Source of the DNA: Nymphaea colorata
Lineage: Eukaryota
Assembly (NCBI RefSeq): GCF_008831285.2
Contig: NC_045138.2
Location: 15,686,001 to 15,750,000, forward strand
Length of the DNA: 64,000 nucleotides
Reading direction: 5' to 3'
The position numbers and the translations under genes are program-made. A model generated the notes under the pieces. That model ran no database searches. It was not told the origin of the DNA and saw nothing but the letters and a program-made list of their open reading frames with translations. Positions 38,672-51,023 of this stretch are shown here, in pieces; within the stretch, counting starts at the first letter, position 1, and every line of letters begins with the position of its first letter.

Positions 38672-40954
38672 TTAGTCTTCAATGCTTCTGATGGTAGTAA
38701 TAACAATGGGACTCCTCACCACATGCTTCCTTTGGTCATCGACCCAACTCAATGATCCCGAAATTATGGGCTCATCCATGGGCTTATTCGCCTCCACTGT
38801 CAGCGTGAAGGTTGCTTTCCCCTTTTTCCTCCTGAATATCAGCTTGTCAGGCACCACGGTGACTTTAAACCCATTCATTGGTGTCAATTTTGCTGTGTAA
38901 GTTGCAGAACTACGCAAGCCGACGTTGGTTACGGTTCTCTTGAACCTGTGCACACCTGAGGACTGGACATTGTCTACAAATGCTATGAAAGATGGATAGT
39001 TCAGATCAAGGCTTGAGTTTCTGCAAAGATCGTAGTCCTCGGAGTTTTTAGTAATTGTCTGTAACTGTTCTCTGGTGTAGTTCAGAGCGCAGAGGAATCT
39101 CACATAGTCTCTACCATCAGCATCATAGACCAAACCGGGATCGACGGCCTTGTTAGGACTGATCTGACCTGAACCCATGACCAAAGGGCTTGCAATCTGA
39201 TCATTCGATACACTATCTTGAATTGGTGCTCCTGTATTGTCTAGTGTATCAGCAGTGGTCATAATGGCAGAGCGGATTGCAGCAGGACTCCAGTGAGGAT
39301 GAACTGACTTTAACAATGCAGCCAGCCCTGAAGCATGAGGGCAAGCCACGGATGTACCGGATCCTATGTCAAAGCTACTGAACAGAGGTTTCCTTTGTAC
39401 AGCTGTGACAAAGGAAGGAGGAGGCCAAGCTGCTAGTATGAGACTGCCTGGCGCGATCACATCTGGCTTGAGCACAGTTGGGCTACCGAAAGATGGCCCT
39501 CTTGAGCTGTATTTTGCCACGGCCGGAGCTGGTTTTGTGCCTGTAATTGTGTGCAGGAATTTCATGCTTACAGTTGGATGCTTGCTGGTTGTCACATATT
39601 TTTTTAGTCTTCCTGAATCTTTGAGATTAAGTACTGCTGTTGGAATGCCCATACCTTTGCTGATATCCACAACTTTGCTATTAGTTACAAATAGCACACC
39701 AACTCCTCCTGAGGCTGCAACTCTGGAAGTCTGCAACCACAAATCGTCACCAAGTTCACAAACAACAACCTTCTTCTTTACATGATGCAGGGGCAAACTG
39801 CAAGTTGATGTGCTTCTGTTGAAATAAAGAGGTACTGCTCTTATTGATCTGTTTCCAACATACAAAGATGAGCCAATTAATGTGACACCATTGCTAAGGG
39901 TCACAATTCCTGCAAATTTCCGGTCGATAATTGATGCTCCGGTGGTAAGTATCCATGGGATTCCATTGCGAACAGTCCTGAATGAGGGACCTGTATTTCC
40001 AGCAGAGGCAGACACCAAGATACCTTTCTCCATGGCTGCAAAGGATGCTATTGCTATTGCATCCTTGTAGAGAGGGCCGCGATCATAGCTCAGTGAGATA
40101 GAGATCACATCTACTCCATCAGTAATTGCTTGATCAACACCAGCTAGAATATCAGAGCCAGTGTTTCCTTCACTCCAGAAGACTTTGTAAGAAGCTATTC
40201 TAGCACGGGGAGCCACACCTCTGGCTGTTCCAGTTGCGTAACCAAAGTAAGAAGCATTAGCAGCATAATTTCCAGCAGCAGTTGAGGCTGTATATGTGCC
40301 ATGTCCATCTGTATCTCTTGAAGAATTCATAGATATTGTGATGTTGGGGTACTGTGCAAGTAGGCCCTTGTTGAAATAGCGTGCTCCAATGAGCTTCCTG
40401 TTGCACATAGAGGAGTTGAAGGCAACACCCTGCTCACATCGTCCTCTCCATCTCTTTGGAATTTCCACCATGCCTTCATCCTTAAAACTCTCACTCTCCG
40501 GCCAGATCCCGGTGTCTACTACGCCAATTATGATGTCTTTCCCATACTTTGATTCAGGCCAGATCCCTGAGACATGGTTCAGGCCCAAGTACTTGTAAGT
40601 GTAAGTAGTGTCAATTACAGCAGCCACATCTGGATATGCTGCAACAAAACCTGGGAAATTCCTCAGCAACTCAAGATGATCTTCTGTGAGAACAGCACTG
40701 AAGCCACTAATTACATTGTCATAGGCATAAACAAGTTTTGGCGCACTTGCAGGAACATCTTCATCTGCAGCTGATACAAAAGCTTCCGATGAAAGGATTG
40801 CATCATACCAACTCTGGTGTGCATTGAATGCTCTTGGCATGACAGAAGCATCCATATGAACTATATAGAGCTGCCTTTCTCTTGAGGTTGCCCATACTAA
40901 TTGGGTCACCAGCAACAGTAGACATACAGGGAGAGACAGAGAAGGGGTAGCCAT
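38672..40954 (-). CDS. Subtilisin-like serine protease (SBT-B)
   Basis: 760 aa. The D/H/S triad is retained, but in the variant motifs HGTYT and SGTSVACPH. Confidence 0.93.
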   Translation of the reverse strand: MATPSLSLPVCLLLLVTQLVWATSRERQLYIVHMDASVMPRAFNAHQSWYDAILSSEAFVSAADEDVPASAPKLVYAYDNVISGFSAVLTEDHLELLRNFPGFVAAYPDVAAVIDTTYTYKYLGLNHVSGIWPESKYGKDIIIGVVDTGIWPESESFKDEGMVEIPKRWRGRCEQGVAFNSSMCNRKLIGARYFNKGLLAQYPNITISMNSSRDTDGHGTYTASTAAGNYAANASYFGYATGTARGVAPRARIASYKVFWSEGNTGSDILAGVDQAITDGVDVISISLSYDRGPLYKDAIAIASFAAMEKGILVSASAGNTGPSFRTVRNGIPWILTTGASIIDRKFAGIVTLSNGVTLIGSSLYVGNRSIRAVPLYFNRSTSTCSLPLHHVKKKVVVCELGDDLWLQTSRVAASGGVGVLFVTNSKVVDISKGMGIPTAVLNLKDSGRLKKYVTTSKHPTVSMKFLHTITGTKPAPAVAKYSSRGPSFGSPTVLKPDVIAPGSLILAAWPPPSFVTAVQRKPLFSSFDIGSGTSVACPHASGLAALLKSVHPHWSPAAIRSAIMTTADTLDNTGAPIQDSVSNDQIASPLVMGSGQISPNKAVDPGLVYDADGRDYVRFLCALNYTREQLQTITKNSEDYDLCRNSSLDLNYPSFIAFVDNVQSSGVHRFKRTVTNVGLRSSATYTAKLTPMNGFKVTVVPDKLIFRRKKGKATFTLTVEANKPMDEPIISGSLSWVDDQRKHVVRSPIVITTIRSIED

Positions 40955-43710
40955 GGCTGCTGTTTCTGAAGTTTTTGCTCAATTCACAGGCCTAAATAGA
41001 ATGGTAGTTATGTACTGAAGCTACTGCACATGCCGACGCTTAAATGTGAATAATTTGTTTCTTCATCTGTCTGCTAATATTCACATACTCACAAGCCCAT
41101 GCACTGTAAGTCAGTCTTGGCTCATTATGGCAGCTGCCCCATGTGAAGATCTGTCCTTTTCCTGGTTATTACTTACAACAGAGGGGGAATCATGGGGAGC
41201 AGAATGAGTTACTCTCTCTATTTTCTTTTTCCCCTCGGTTAGAATTAAGAAGAAATATAATAGTGACAAACGTTCAATACAGAAGCTATATTTTCGTGGG
41301 AATATGCAGATTTCTTGCGGTACTTCGATCCGCAAGATGTTGCCAAAAAAATACTAAAAACACAAGAAAACAAAAGGAAAAGAAATTGTAAGAAAGAAGA
41401 AGCCACCAAATTTATGAGAAAACGTGAAAATGGGCGACATCTTGGCAAGTATAATATGGATAGAAACAGAGAATAGAAGAAAATTTTGACATTCTTCTAA
41501 AGTACAAGCTTTGGGATATTCTGAAAGTATTACAATATTATTTTTTTAAATTATAGCAACAATATTCGCATTTTTTAAGGCACCATAGAAGTTTTTTTAC
41601 TGGATGTTTGTCAGTGCGGTATTTCAGATTTTGCACCAATATGGACAGCTAGAACATCACATGATAATCTTGTACTCGTTGGGTCAGAATGAGTACTTTA
41701 AAAAGTTTACTGTCATCCGAAAACAGTAATTACCATTTTGTGAGAAAAAGAAAAAAACAAGATAGAAGATTCTTTTTTTTTGGTTGTTAGATAATAATCC
41801 TATATACGCATCCAAAAAAATATAATATTTTTTACATTTGTTCTTAGGTTTTTCAACATACAAAATCGCATCTAAACAGTTAGTTTTGTAAAAAAAAAAA
41901 ATCTACATGTATTTTTAATAGTTTAGTTTCTAAACCATCTCCTTTGTATACATTAAGGTGACTATTCCTCCAAATTTGATAGTTTATATCAAGTTTTTCA
42001 ACGGTTTATAACGCCAAGGGTGTTCCTTTTATCGATAACGAAAAATTTTCGATGAATGTGAAATTTTTTTAAAAGGGAAGGACTAATTCACCAAACGTTG
42101 GGAACTGTTCTTATTAAATGCATGTACAACTTGTCTTAGCTACCATGTCACCAAAAACATAAATTTATGTCAGTAGCCCATACATGTAAAGACTTTGGGT
42201 TAATTTTTTTCAGCAAAAAAAGCATAGAAAATTGGTATTATTAATGCTTATAAAATATTTTTTTCTGTCACAAGCAATGAGCAGCTAGTAACAAGAGAAT
42301 AAAATACTATGGATAAAATACAAAATTGAAATTGCGAGCTGCTGATGTTACCTGATGGTTAAATATTCAAGCAGTGGCTTAAATGCTCCACAAAATATTG
42401 TCAAAAACAACATAAACCATTATTAGTACTTCTATTGCACTGTATTTTTAGTAGCAATTTTCAAATATTTTGTCATCCAGCAACCGGTTGATTTCAATTC
42501 ATGATATAAGAATCTACAGTAAATATGAGTATCTAAACAACGCAATTGGTGTTTCACTAGGCTCATGTCATAATGTGGCTTAGCTCGAGTCAAGCTTGAG
42601 CTGAGCTCGAACCCACGAGGTTTAACATTGAGCTGAACTCAATCAGCCAATGCTCGCCCTCGATTCGGTCGGCCAATCATAGGCAATTTAGTTGGAAAAA
42701 AGAACAAAATTGCCTGAATAAAGACAAATAACAGGGTGCTCCATGTGCATCCATTCTCTATAATTGCAGGTGTTTGATCAATGGAGACCAACGATTGTAA
42801 TGAAACTGAAAAATTATCTGCGAACTTTCAATCATGGTTGTCCATGACATCTCATACTATAAGAAAATATTTAGGTTCCTTGTTATTACGTTTAAAAAAG
42901 TATAACTATTTTTAATTTTAAGTTGTCATCGAGGGGTAGCTCAAGTGAAGTTCCTTGTTTAATTCGAAACTCTTGTCAAATTCAACTAATACATTGTTTT
43001 CTAATCATATATCTTGGTTTTGCGACTGGTTACCTAAATTCTATATTTTTTAAACCTTTTAATGGAAAATAATTATGAAAAAGTGATTTGCATATTTAAA
43101 ATCAATCTAAAAATCATATTTCTTCACGTTTAAGATAAATTTGGAAGAAAAAAAATCCATTTCAAGGAAAAAGACTTCAAATCTTAGTAGCTAAATAATC
43201 TCAAGGTGTCAAATAAGGTAGATATTGTATAATTTTTCGGTTTTCCTCAATTTGACCTCAGTGCCCAAGTGGTTTGGAAGATAATGGAACAAAACACATT
43301 TAGTGGCGATGCAGGCTGCATTGCATTGCATCGGGTAGCTGTGGTTGGATGGAGTTCAAGATAGCCCCAGATTTCAGATCTTTCTCTCTCTATGTGTGTA
43401 TGTGTGTGCATGTGTGCGTGAGATACAAGATAGCCAAAGTATATATATATTGTTGAATGTTGCCAAATAGCGAAAAGTAAAAAATTTGTCACTAATGAAT
43501 CATTGCTAAAAGCATCATGACGAGTAGCTGCTTCATAAACCATCACTAATGCTCCTGTAATGGCTTTTTAACAATATATTTTAAATTTTTTAACCAATGA
43601 CAACATCTCTTATAAGACAGTATAAAAGTCCACTAAACGCACAAAGAGCGATTCAGTCCTGCAAAGTTTTTAATCTTGTGGATGACTAAACTTTCACCTC
43701 AAACTGCTGT

Positions 43711-44200
43711 TCTAGTTTTCATTTGTGTTTGCTTTTCAGTATTGAAAATGATGTATTTGATAAAAAAAAATTTTAAAATTGACTAATTAAAACCATACTC
43801 ACATGTGTCTTAAAGAGAGATGAAAACTTTTTTAAAATTTTAAAATCATAATTCTACCCCTAAAGGGCGTTCGTAAATTTTGATTCTATAATTAAAACTC
43901 TAGAAACAAAAAATTTCATCAAACTGAAGTTGGAATGAAAATTTCAATTCTAGTTTTTTTTGTGTTTGATATGACATTTTTATTTCAGAATTAAAAATAA
44001 TATGTTTAATAAAATAAAAAATTATTTGAATTGATGAATTAAAATTTAAAATCATCATGACATGTGCCATGAAAAAATTTTAAAATTTTGGAATCATAAT
44101 TCTACCCTTAATGATGATTAGCAGGAATTCACGGAATTATAGAATGAAAAATCTATTTTTTTTTAAAAAATGAGAATTACTTAATCAAACACGAAATTTG
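43711..44200. repeat. AT-rich degenerate ~240-bp tandem duplication (possible MITE remnants)
   Basis: TCTAGTTTT..TTTGTGTTTG, CACATGTG/GACATGTG and TTTAAAATTTT..AATCATAATTCTACCC recur ~240 bp apart. Confidence 0.55.
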
Positions 44201-46230
44201 ATTCCAGAATCGAGGGCCAATTCTGGGATGGAAATTCCGAAAACAAAATCCGACCCACCCGGGAGGGTCAGATTTTAATTCCGGCATCAAAATTCTGAAA
44301 CGCCCGCGAAGCTTTCTTCCCCCGCGCTTGCCAAGCTTTCTTGCTCGTGCGAAGAAACCCTCCTCCCCACGAAGTCGCATTCTTCTCCTTCGTCCGCCCA
44401 TCAGCGGTGCAGGTGAAGCCCTGGTTCAACTCTCCCCCTCTCCAACAGTAGGTATGCCTCTCACTCCCTCTCTCTCTCGACCTAAGGTGTGAATCGGCAG
44501 CGGCCATGGTCAACGCACAAAGTGGCTGCCAGATTAGCCCCTTTATTCTTCTTATTTGTTTTCCTTGTTTAGACCGTCCCTGGTCTACCATCCATCGCTT
44601 CAGCATAGATTTCCTACGGCGAGAGGCATGTCCTGGCCATGACCGACCCACAGAGGGGTGGAATATCCCCTTTGTTCTTCTTTTTTTGACCGATCATGGC
44701 CGGATACGTCAGTAGTTGTGGTTTTCTAGTTTTCTAGATGCCAGATGGTGGCTGGCTTGCATGATTTCAGTAACCATTTCATCGATGTGCAAGATCTCTG
44801 ACTTAGATTGGGTCTTCTAATCTGCTGCATTTATTTGGTGAGTCTTCTGTATGGACTTCTTTTGTTTTTGATTTTCCTAAACTGCATTTTCTTACCAGCC
44901 ATAGTGGTAGACGCATGGTAACTGCTAGAACTCATCTCATTTTCTGCACCTATCTCTGTTTTTTTTTGTTTTTATTCGAAGCAACTGCTAGGAAGGACAA
45001 AAGCCGATATACTGCAAACAATGATGGATTCAGTCTGAAAATGGCTAGCAGAGGCAGCCATATTCAGAAAGAATTCAAAAGATACACCTGAAGCTTGTCG
45101 CCCATCCGAGATCCACACTCCTGTTGTTCACATTGCACTTGTCGATGCAAACCCCAGCATGGATGTGGATCGACCATATGATCAGAACTCCTGTTCGTAT
45201 CCCAACTCTACGAAATGAAGGGTACGGGCAGATGATCCACGATAAGGGGAAAAAAAATTGCATATAAACAAATGAATTTTTGATTAAGAAATCGGATTAA
45301 ATATACATAAATGTCTGACTGAATTTGGATTTGGATCCAGATTGAATTTAGTTTTAAATAAATATCCTATATCGTTTTAATGCCAAAGCCAACCGGATTC
45401 AGTTTAAAATTTCGAATGAGATGTAAGTTCAAACATCATACTCAAACAAATTCCGATCATGAAATTGAATTTCAGATTCGGATTAGAACATGGGTTTTCT
45501 TAAGGGCTAGCGAACTTGTTATATGTGCAATTCTTACTGTGCTCGATTGTCAAACATGTGCGCATTAATTCGTGTTTGTCTCTGGAAATTGGAACCTACC
45601 AAGTACCAAAGGAGTGCACGCCGAGTCAGCCAAATATACTTGTTGTCTGAACTCATCAATATGACAAGCAAATCATACTCATTCTATTGCATTTTCCACG
45701 AAATCTACTGATATTTTAATCCCACTTTGGAAATTAGGCATATGAACATGGACTCCTGTTATACATGTCTAGTATGGACAACCAAAGTGTGCCCACACTA
45801 AGGTGGATTCCACAAAGTGTGTATTGTTCGGATTCTGTTTAGATTTATTGCTTACCATATCTGATTTAACTGGATCTTCTTTAGATGGACGTTATATTTG
45901 CAATGATCTTCTTATGAAACTCATTTGCAAAGAAACTTTATACCATACCCAACATTGGTACTTTGAAATTGAAAATTGTTCTTTTTTTAATTTTTTTTTC
46001 TAGAAAATAGAAGAAGATGTAGCTGTTGTTTTAGTCAACTAAACTGACAGATGGTGCTACAATATGGTGATAGAATTAGAACTAATAATGGTCCTAAAGC
46101 AAGATTTTTTCCAACATATCACGTTTTAGGAAGATCTCAACACTAGGAGAGTTTTCCTTCCTTAACAATTTATTCATGCAGCAACATCCTTATATGCTTC
46201 TGTTCTTGGTACAAATTTTGAGAAGAACTC

Positions 46231-48498
46231 TCATTCTGTCTCTCTTATAGTGGTACCCACGATTGGGCTCCTTACAGTATGCTTTCCTTGATCATCCACC
46301 CAAGTCAGGAACCCAAAAACTATGGGGTCTTTCATCGGCCGCTTCACTTCCAATGTGAGAGAAAACGAGGCTTTCTGGTTTTTCCTCTGGAATGTGAGCT
46401 TTAATGGAGTCACTGTCACTCTAAAGCCCTTAATTTTTGTCAGTTTGGCCGTGTAATTTGTAGGACCGTCCTCTCCTACATTGGTCACCGTCCTCTGAAA
46501 CCTCCACACACCAGAGGACTGACCATAATCTAGGTAAGCGACAAAAGATGGGTAGTTCAAATCAAGATTCCCGCCTTTGCATCGATCATAATCCGAAGAG
46601 TTCTTTGTGATTGCCTGTAACTCTGCCCTCGTGAGATTCAGGGCACAGAGGAACTTGACATAGTCTCCGCGGCCTGCATCATAGACCAGGCCAGGGTCCA
46701 TGGCCTTGTTTGGATTGATCTCACCTGAGCCCATGGCGATAGGGGAAATAACATCGTCAATGGGCTTCCTGGTATTATCCAAAATGTTAGCAGTTGTCAT
46801 CATGGCCGACCGGATTGCGGCCGGACTCCAGTCGGGATGAGCAGACATCAGCAGCGCGGCGAGCCCGGAGGCGTGAGGGCATGACATGGATGTTCCAGAC
46901 AAGAGGGTGAAGTTGCTAAAGAACGATTCTCCCTGCAAGGTTGCAGCAGATTTCATAGGAGAATAAGATGCCAATATAAGAGTACCAGGTGCCACAATGT
47001 CCGGTTTCAGGATGGCCGAAGTGCCGAACGATGGCCCCCTAGAGCTGAATTCTGCAATGGTGGGTGCCCGTTTTATGCCGGTAAAAGTCCTGCGGAACGT
47101 CAGGCTAATAGTTGGGTTCTTGCTGGTTTTCACGTACTTCCTTATGGCTGCTGAATCTTTGGGATCCAATACTGATGCTGGGCACTCGAAATCTTTTGCT
47201 CTTATCACAAGCGAGACATTGGTTAGGAGCAGTGCGCCTGCGCCCTTTGCATCTGCAACAGTTGAGGTCTCAAATACTGATGATTCTTCGGTCCCTTCAC
47301 ATACAACAACCTTCTTCGTTACATTCTTTAGCTCATCACTTGAACCGCAGGATGCACTGTAGTGAAGCGGTAGATTTTTCACCGTCTTCTTTCCAATATA
47401 CAAGGATGAGCCGACAAAGGAAGCTCCATTTCCGAGAGTGACAACGCCGGAGAATCTCCGATCTATGGTGGTAGCACCAACTGTGAGTATCCAGGGAGCG
47501 CCATTACGGAGTGTCCTGGAATCAGGTCCCCTGTTTCCAGCAGCTGCAGAGACAAGGATCCCTTTCTCCATAGCTGCAAACGCACCCAAAGCAATGGGGT
47601 CTTCGTAGATGGGAGTAGTTCGCTCAAAGCTCAAGGAGAGCGAGATCACATCCACACCATCTTTAATTGCCTGGTCCATTGCAGCAAGGGTATCAGAAGC
47701 AACTTGGCCTTCTGCCCAAAGTTTCTTGTAGACGGCTATCCGAGCGCGCGGGGCTATGCCCCTCGCTGTGCCTGCACCATAGCCAAAGTATGATGCTCCT
47801 CCAGCGTAGTTCCCGGCAGCAGTTGATGCGGTGTGCGTGCCATGGCCGTCGGTGTCCCTTGCAGAATTCATGGATATCGTGAGATTGGGGTCCTGCGCCA
47901 GGAGTCCCTTGTTGAAGAAACGCGCTCCGATGAGCTTCCTGTTGCATATGGAGGCATTGAAGGCTGTACCAACTTCACATTGGCCCTTCCACTTCTTGGG
48001 GATCTCCGGCATACCATCGTCTCTGAAACTCGAGCTCTCCGGCCAGACGCCGGTGTCGACGATGCCTATTATGATGTCTCTGCCATACTTGGATGCAGGC
48101 CAGATCCCAGAAACGGGGTTCAGGCCCAGATACTTGTAGGTATGAGTGGTTTCCTTTGTGCCTGGTATGTCCCGGAAAGCAGAAACGAAACCAGGGGACC
48201 TCTTGAGCATTTCTAGCTGAGATCTGGAGAGAAGAGCGCTGAAGCCATTGATGGCATGGTTGTAAGTGTAGATGTGGCTCGACTGCGAAGCAGACACAGC
48301 GTCATCTGCGGCAGCAATGAAGCTCTCAGATGAGAGGAGGGAGGTGTACCAATAGTGGTGGCTGCTGAAGGCCGTCGGCATGGCCGCAACGTCCATGTGG
48401 ACTATGTACGCATCCCTCGCTCCCAACGCGCCCGTCCATTGTTGGACAATGAACAGGATCAGGAAAGCAGAAAGCAGCGGAGTACTAGAGGAAGTCAT
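46231..48498 (-). CDS. Subtilisin-like serine protease (SBT-C)
   Basis: Intronless with an intact triad (IGIVDTG, HGTHT, SGTSMSCPH). The ATG is at 48498 (MTSSSTPLL); the ORF-track start at 48546 is TTG. Confidence 0.95.
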   Translation of the reverse strand: MTSSSTPLLSAFLILFIVQQWTGALGARDAYIVHMDVAAMPTAFSSHHYWYTSLLSSESFIAAADDAVSASQSSHIYTYNHAINGFSALLSRSQLEMLKRSPGFVSAFRDIPGTKETTHTYKYLGLNPVSGIWPASKYGRDIIIGIVDTGVWPESSSFRDDGMPEIPKKWKGQCEVGTAFNASICNRKLIGARFFNKGLLAQDPNLTISMNSARDTDGHGTHTASTAAGNYAGGASYFGYGAGTARGIAPRARIAVYKKLWAEGQVASDTLAAMDQAIKDGVDVISLSLSFERTTPIYEDPIALGAFAAMEKGILVSAAAGNRGPDSRTLRNGAPWILTVGATTIDRRFSGVVTLGNGASFVGSSLYIGKKTVKNLPLHYSASCGSSDELKNVTKKVVVCEGTEESSVFETSTVADAKGAGALLLTNVSLVIRAKDFECPASVLDPKDSAAIRKYVKTSKNPTISLTFRRTFTGIKRAPTIAEFSSRGPSFGTSAILKPDIVAPGTLILASYSPMKSAATLQGESFFSNFTLLSGTSMSCPHASGLAALLMSAHPDWSPAAIRSAMMTTANILDNTRKPIDDVISPIAMGSGEINPNKAMDPGLVYDAGRGDYVKFLCALNLTRAELQAITKNSSDYDRCKGGNLDLNYPSFVAYLDYGQSSGVWRFQRTVTNVGEDGPTNYTAKLTKIKGFRVTVTPLKLTFQRKNQKASFSLTLEVKRPMKDPIVFGFLTWVDDQGKHTVRSPIVGTTIRETE

Positions 48499-51023
48499 TG
48501 GTACTCTAATGGAGGTGCGCTCTGCAGTTCCTCTGCTTCTGCCCAATTATAGAAGAAGCAGGAGATACAAAAATATTTTAAGTCGTCGGAGCACATGTTT
48601 TCTTCCATTTTTCTGCCTGACATCAGCATCATCTCTTCACAGAAACAGAAATTCCGTCGAATTGGATGACGGTAAACGGCTAAACGCCCTTTTTTTTTTT
48701 ACTCAACTTAAGAAGTAGAGCACAAAAATTCGTGATACAAAAGCCCATTTCTTTTTTACAGTACTTCTGTCTCCACATTAATCTTGTGCTTGAGTGATCA
48801 TCACAAAACATCCTCTTAAACTTCAGTTTCAAAGAGAAAAATTAAGTTTCTTTTCCCCTTTTTACGGGACAGGTTAAGTTTCTGTTTCAACCTGTGCCTT
48901 TCTCCATCTTCCGTTAACTGTGCTTCGGTGCTCAATTCAAAGTCGTCATGCGAAAATTTTCAAACAACATTCTTTGGACAATGGGGCCATTTGGGCCCGG
49001 TGACACAAGAGATTTTGTCATTTTTTAGATCATGACGATGCGCTGTCATATTTTTTTATGAGTTATGAGAGGAAGATTTTGAAAGAGTTCACCCACTTGC
49101 TGCGTCAAATGGTATAGGATAGCTGATAGCTAGTTTGTAACCATAGCATCGAAAGCACGATATCGATTTGTTTCTAAATGTTGCTCTTCTGAATCATAAA
49201 AAGTAGAATTGCGATACTCGAGTTGATGCCCAAATGCTGGAATTGATGCCCAAATCCTGAAGTAGCCCAAGACACATAGAACACAGAATTTTGAGGGACT
49301 TGTTAACCTCTGCTTCTCATCTGAAAACAGGCCAAGTTCAATTATGGTGATCATTTAAGAATGTGATAGCCCAATAATGGTGATCATTTAAGAAGGTGAT
49401 GCGGCTCGTCTTATTGAAGAATGTGATGTGCGTCTTTTTAAATGAAAACCGGTTGCTGCCGACACCCTTAAGCCACAGGAGAGAGATTGAGAACATTCTC
49501 TTTTCCAGTTTTATCGTGATAAGAGGGTTCCTTTCTTTCTTTTCTCTTTGTTTATTTAGAGTCACTCGTCTTTTTTTATGGCATCTACCGGCCGGCCGCC
49601 GCCGGTCTAAAAGTGGAAGACGCTTTCTAATTTTCCCTCCAAACTCTTTCTGAATATTTTTGGATCAGCGAATCCCACTCCCCTGGAAGACATAGCCCTC
49701 CTGAGTCCTGACTACTTGTTTATTAAACTTTAAGCGTGAATATTAGCTAGTTAGACAGTTAATATCGCTTTAAATGAGATAATGATTTTTTGTAATTTTC
49801 CATATCAAGCGGTGCGCTCTGTCATTATTTTCATTCATTTAACAAAAGTCTATCAAATCGAATCAGATAAGTGATATAAAATGTTAGCAAGTAATAATGG
49901 CCATTGATGAGCAATGACCAAAGCTTTTATTGATCACAACCATTCGCATGACTCACCAACTGGTCAGTGATCTTTCATCTTCTTCCTTGCCAAAACCGCT
50001 ATCTATCTTTAAAAATCGACCGATGACAATCAAGTTTTTAAAATAATTCACAATTACAGTGAAAAATGCTAGCTTATATTTAAAATGACTATTCTATTTT
50101 AATTAAAAGAAGAGCATTTGAGTACAGAGTTTTTCTAAATGCATAACCACTATCACCAGTTTGATAATTTTGTGGGGAGACTGTTCGGTAACGGAAACTG
50201 AAACAAACTATTTTATAAATCTACTTAAAGATTGGAATAGATCTATAAAAATTAGAATGTTCTATGAATCCAATATAGTTTTCGAAGCAGATTCATGAAA
50301 TAATTTGTTACTCAAATGACTTTTAAATTATTCAATAAATTTTCCTTGTAAACTTGCCTTCCTCCTTCTTGGAGGAAGATTTTGGTTTCTATTTTTTATA
50401 TTTTTCAAATAATTTAAAGTATGCTAAATTATTTTTCAAATAGAAAATTTGAAAAGTATGCCGAATTGCCGATTAAAGGCGATGCTTGTCCGACGATACA
50501 TCTTACTTATCTCACTGGCAAGCAAGTCATACAGGTACAGGGTTTTGGCTACATTTATTGCTTATTAATACATCTAATTCAAAACCGGATCTTCTCTCAA
50601 AATTGACCTTATATTTGTAAGTTTTCTTGATACCAATCTCACTTTTTGGTCTATCAAACATGCACTCGGGCTAAATCCTGCCGATGAGAACAAAGGAAAC
50701 TTTGTGCTTTCAAAAAGGCACCTCTCCATAATTTTTTTTATGGAAACTAAAACAAAATTTCACTGTGGTTTTAGTTAACTAGTGAAATGGTGCTATAATA
50801 TAGTGATGGTTATGGAAAAATTAGTATCACATTTCGTAATATCGCCTAACAAAACTAGGAGATTTGATTTTCCAATATATATATATAATGTTTTTTTTTT
50901 TTTGAGATGAACCTGATTCATGGCAAGAACTTATTAATCTCAGAAAAGGCTTCCTTGACAACTTATTCGTGTAGCAGCAACTCATCGATACATTTGATCT
51001 TCAACAAATTATGAGAAGAAATC

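Noticed and set aside
45020..45095. Possible C/D box snoRNA (ATGATGG...CTGA...CTGA)
   Set aside because: The C box is imperfect, there is no terminal stem, and I recognise no rRNA-complementary guide.
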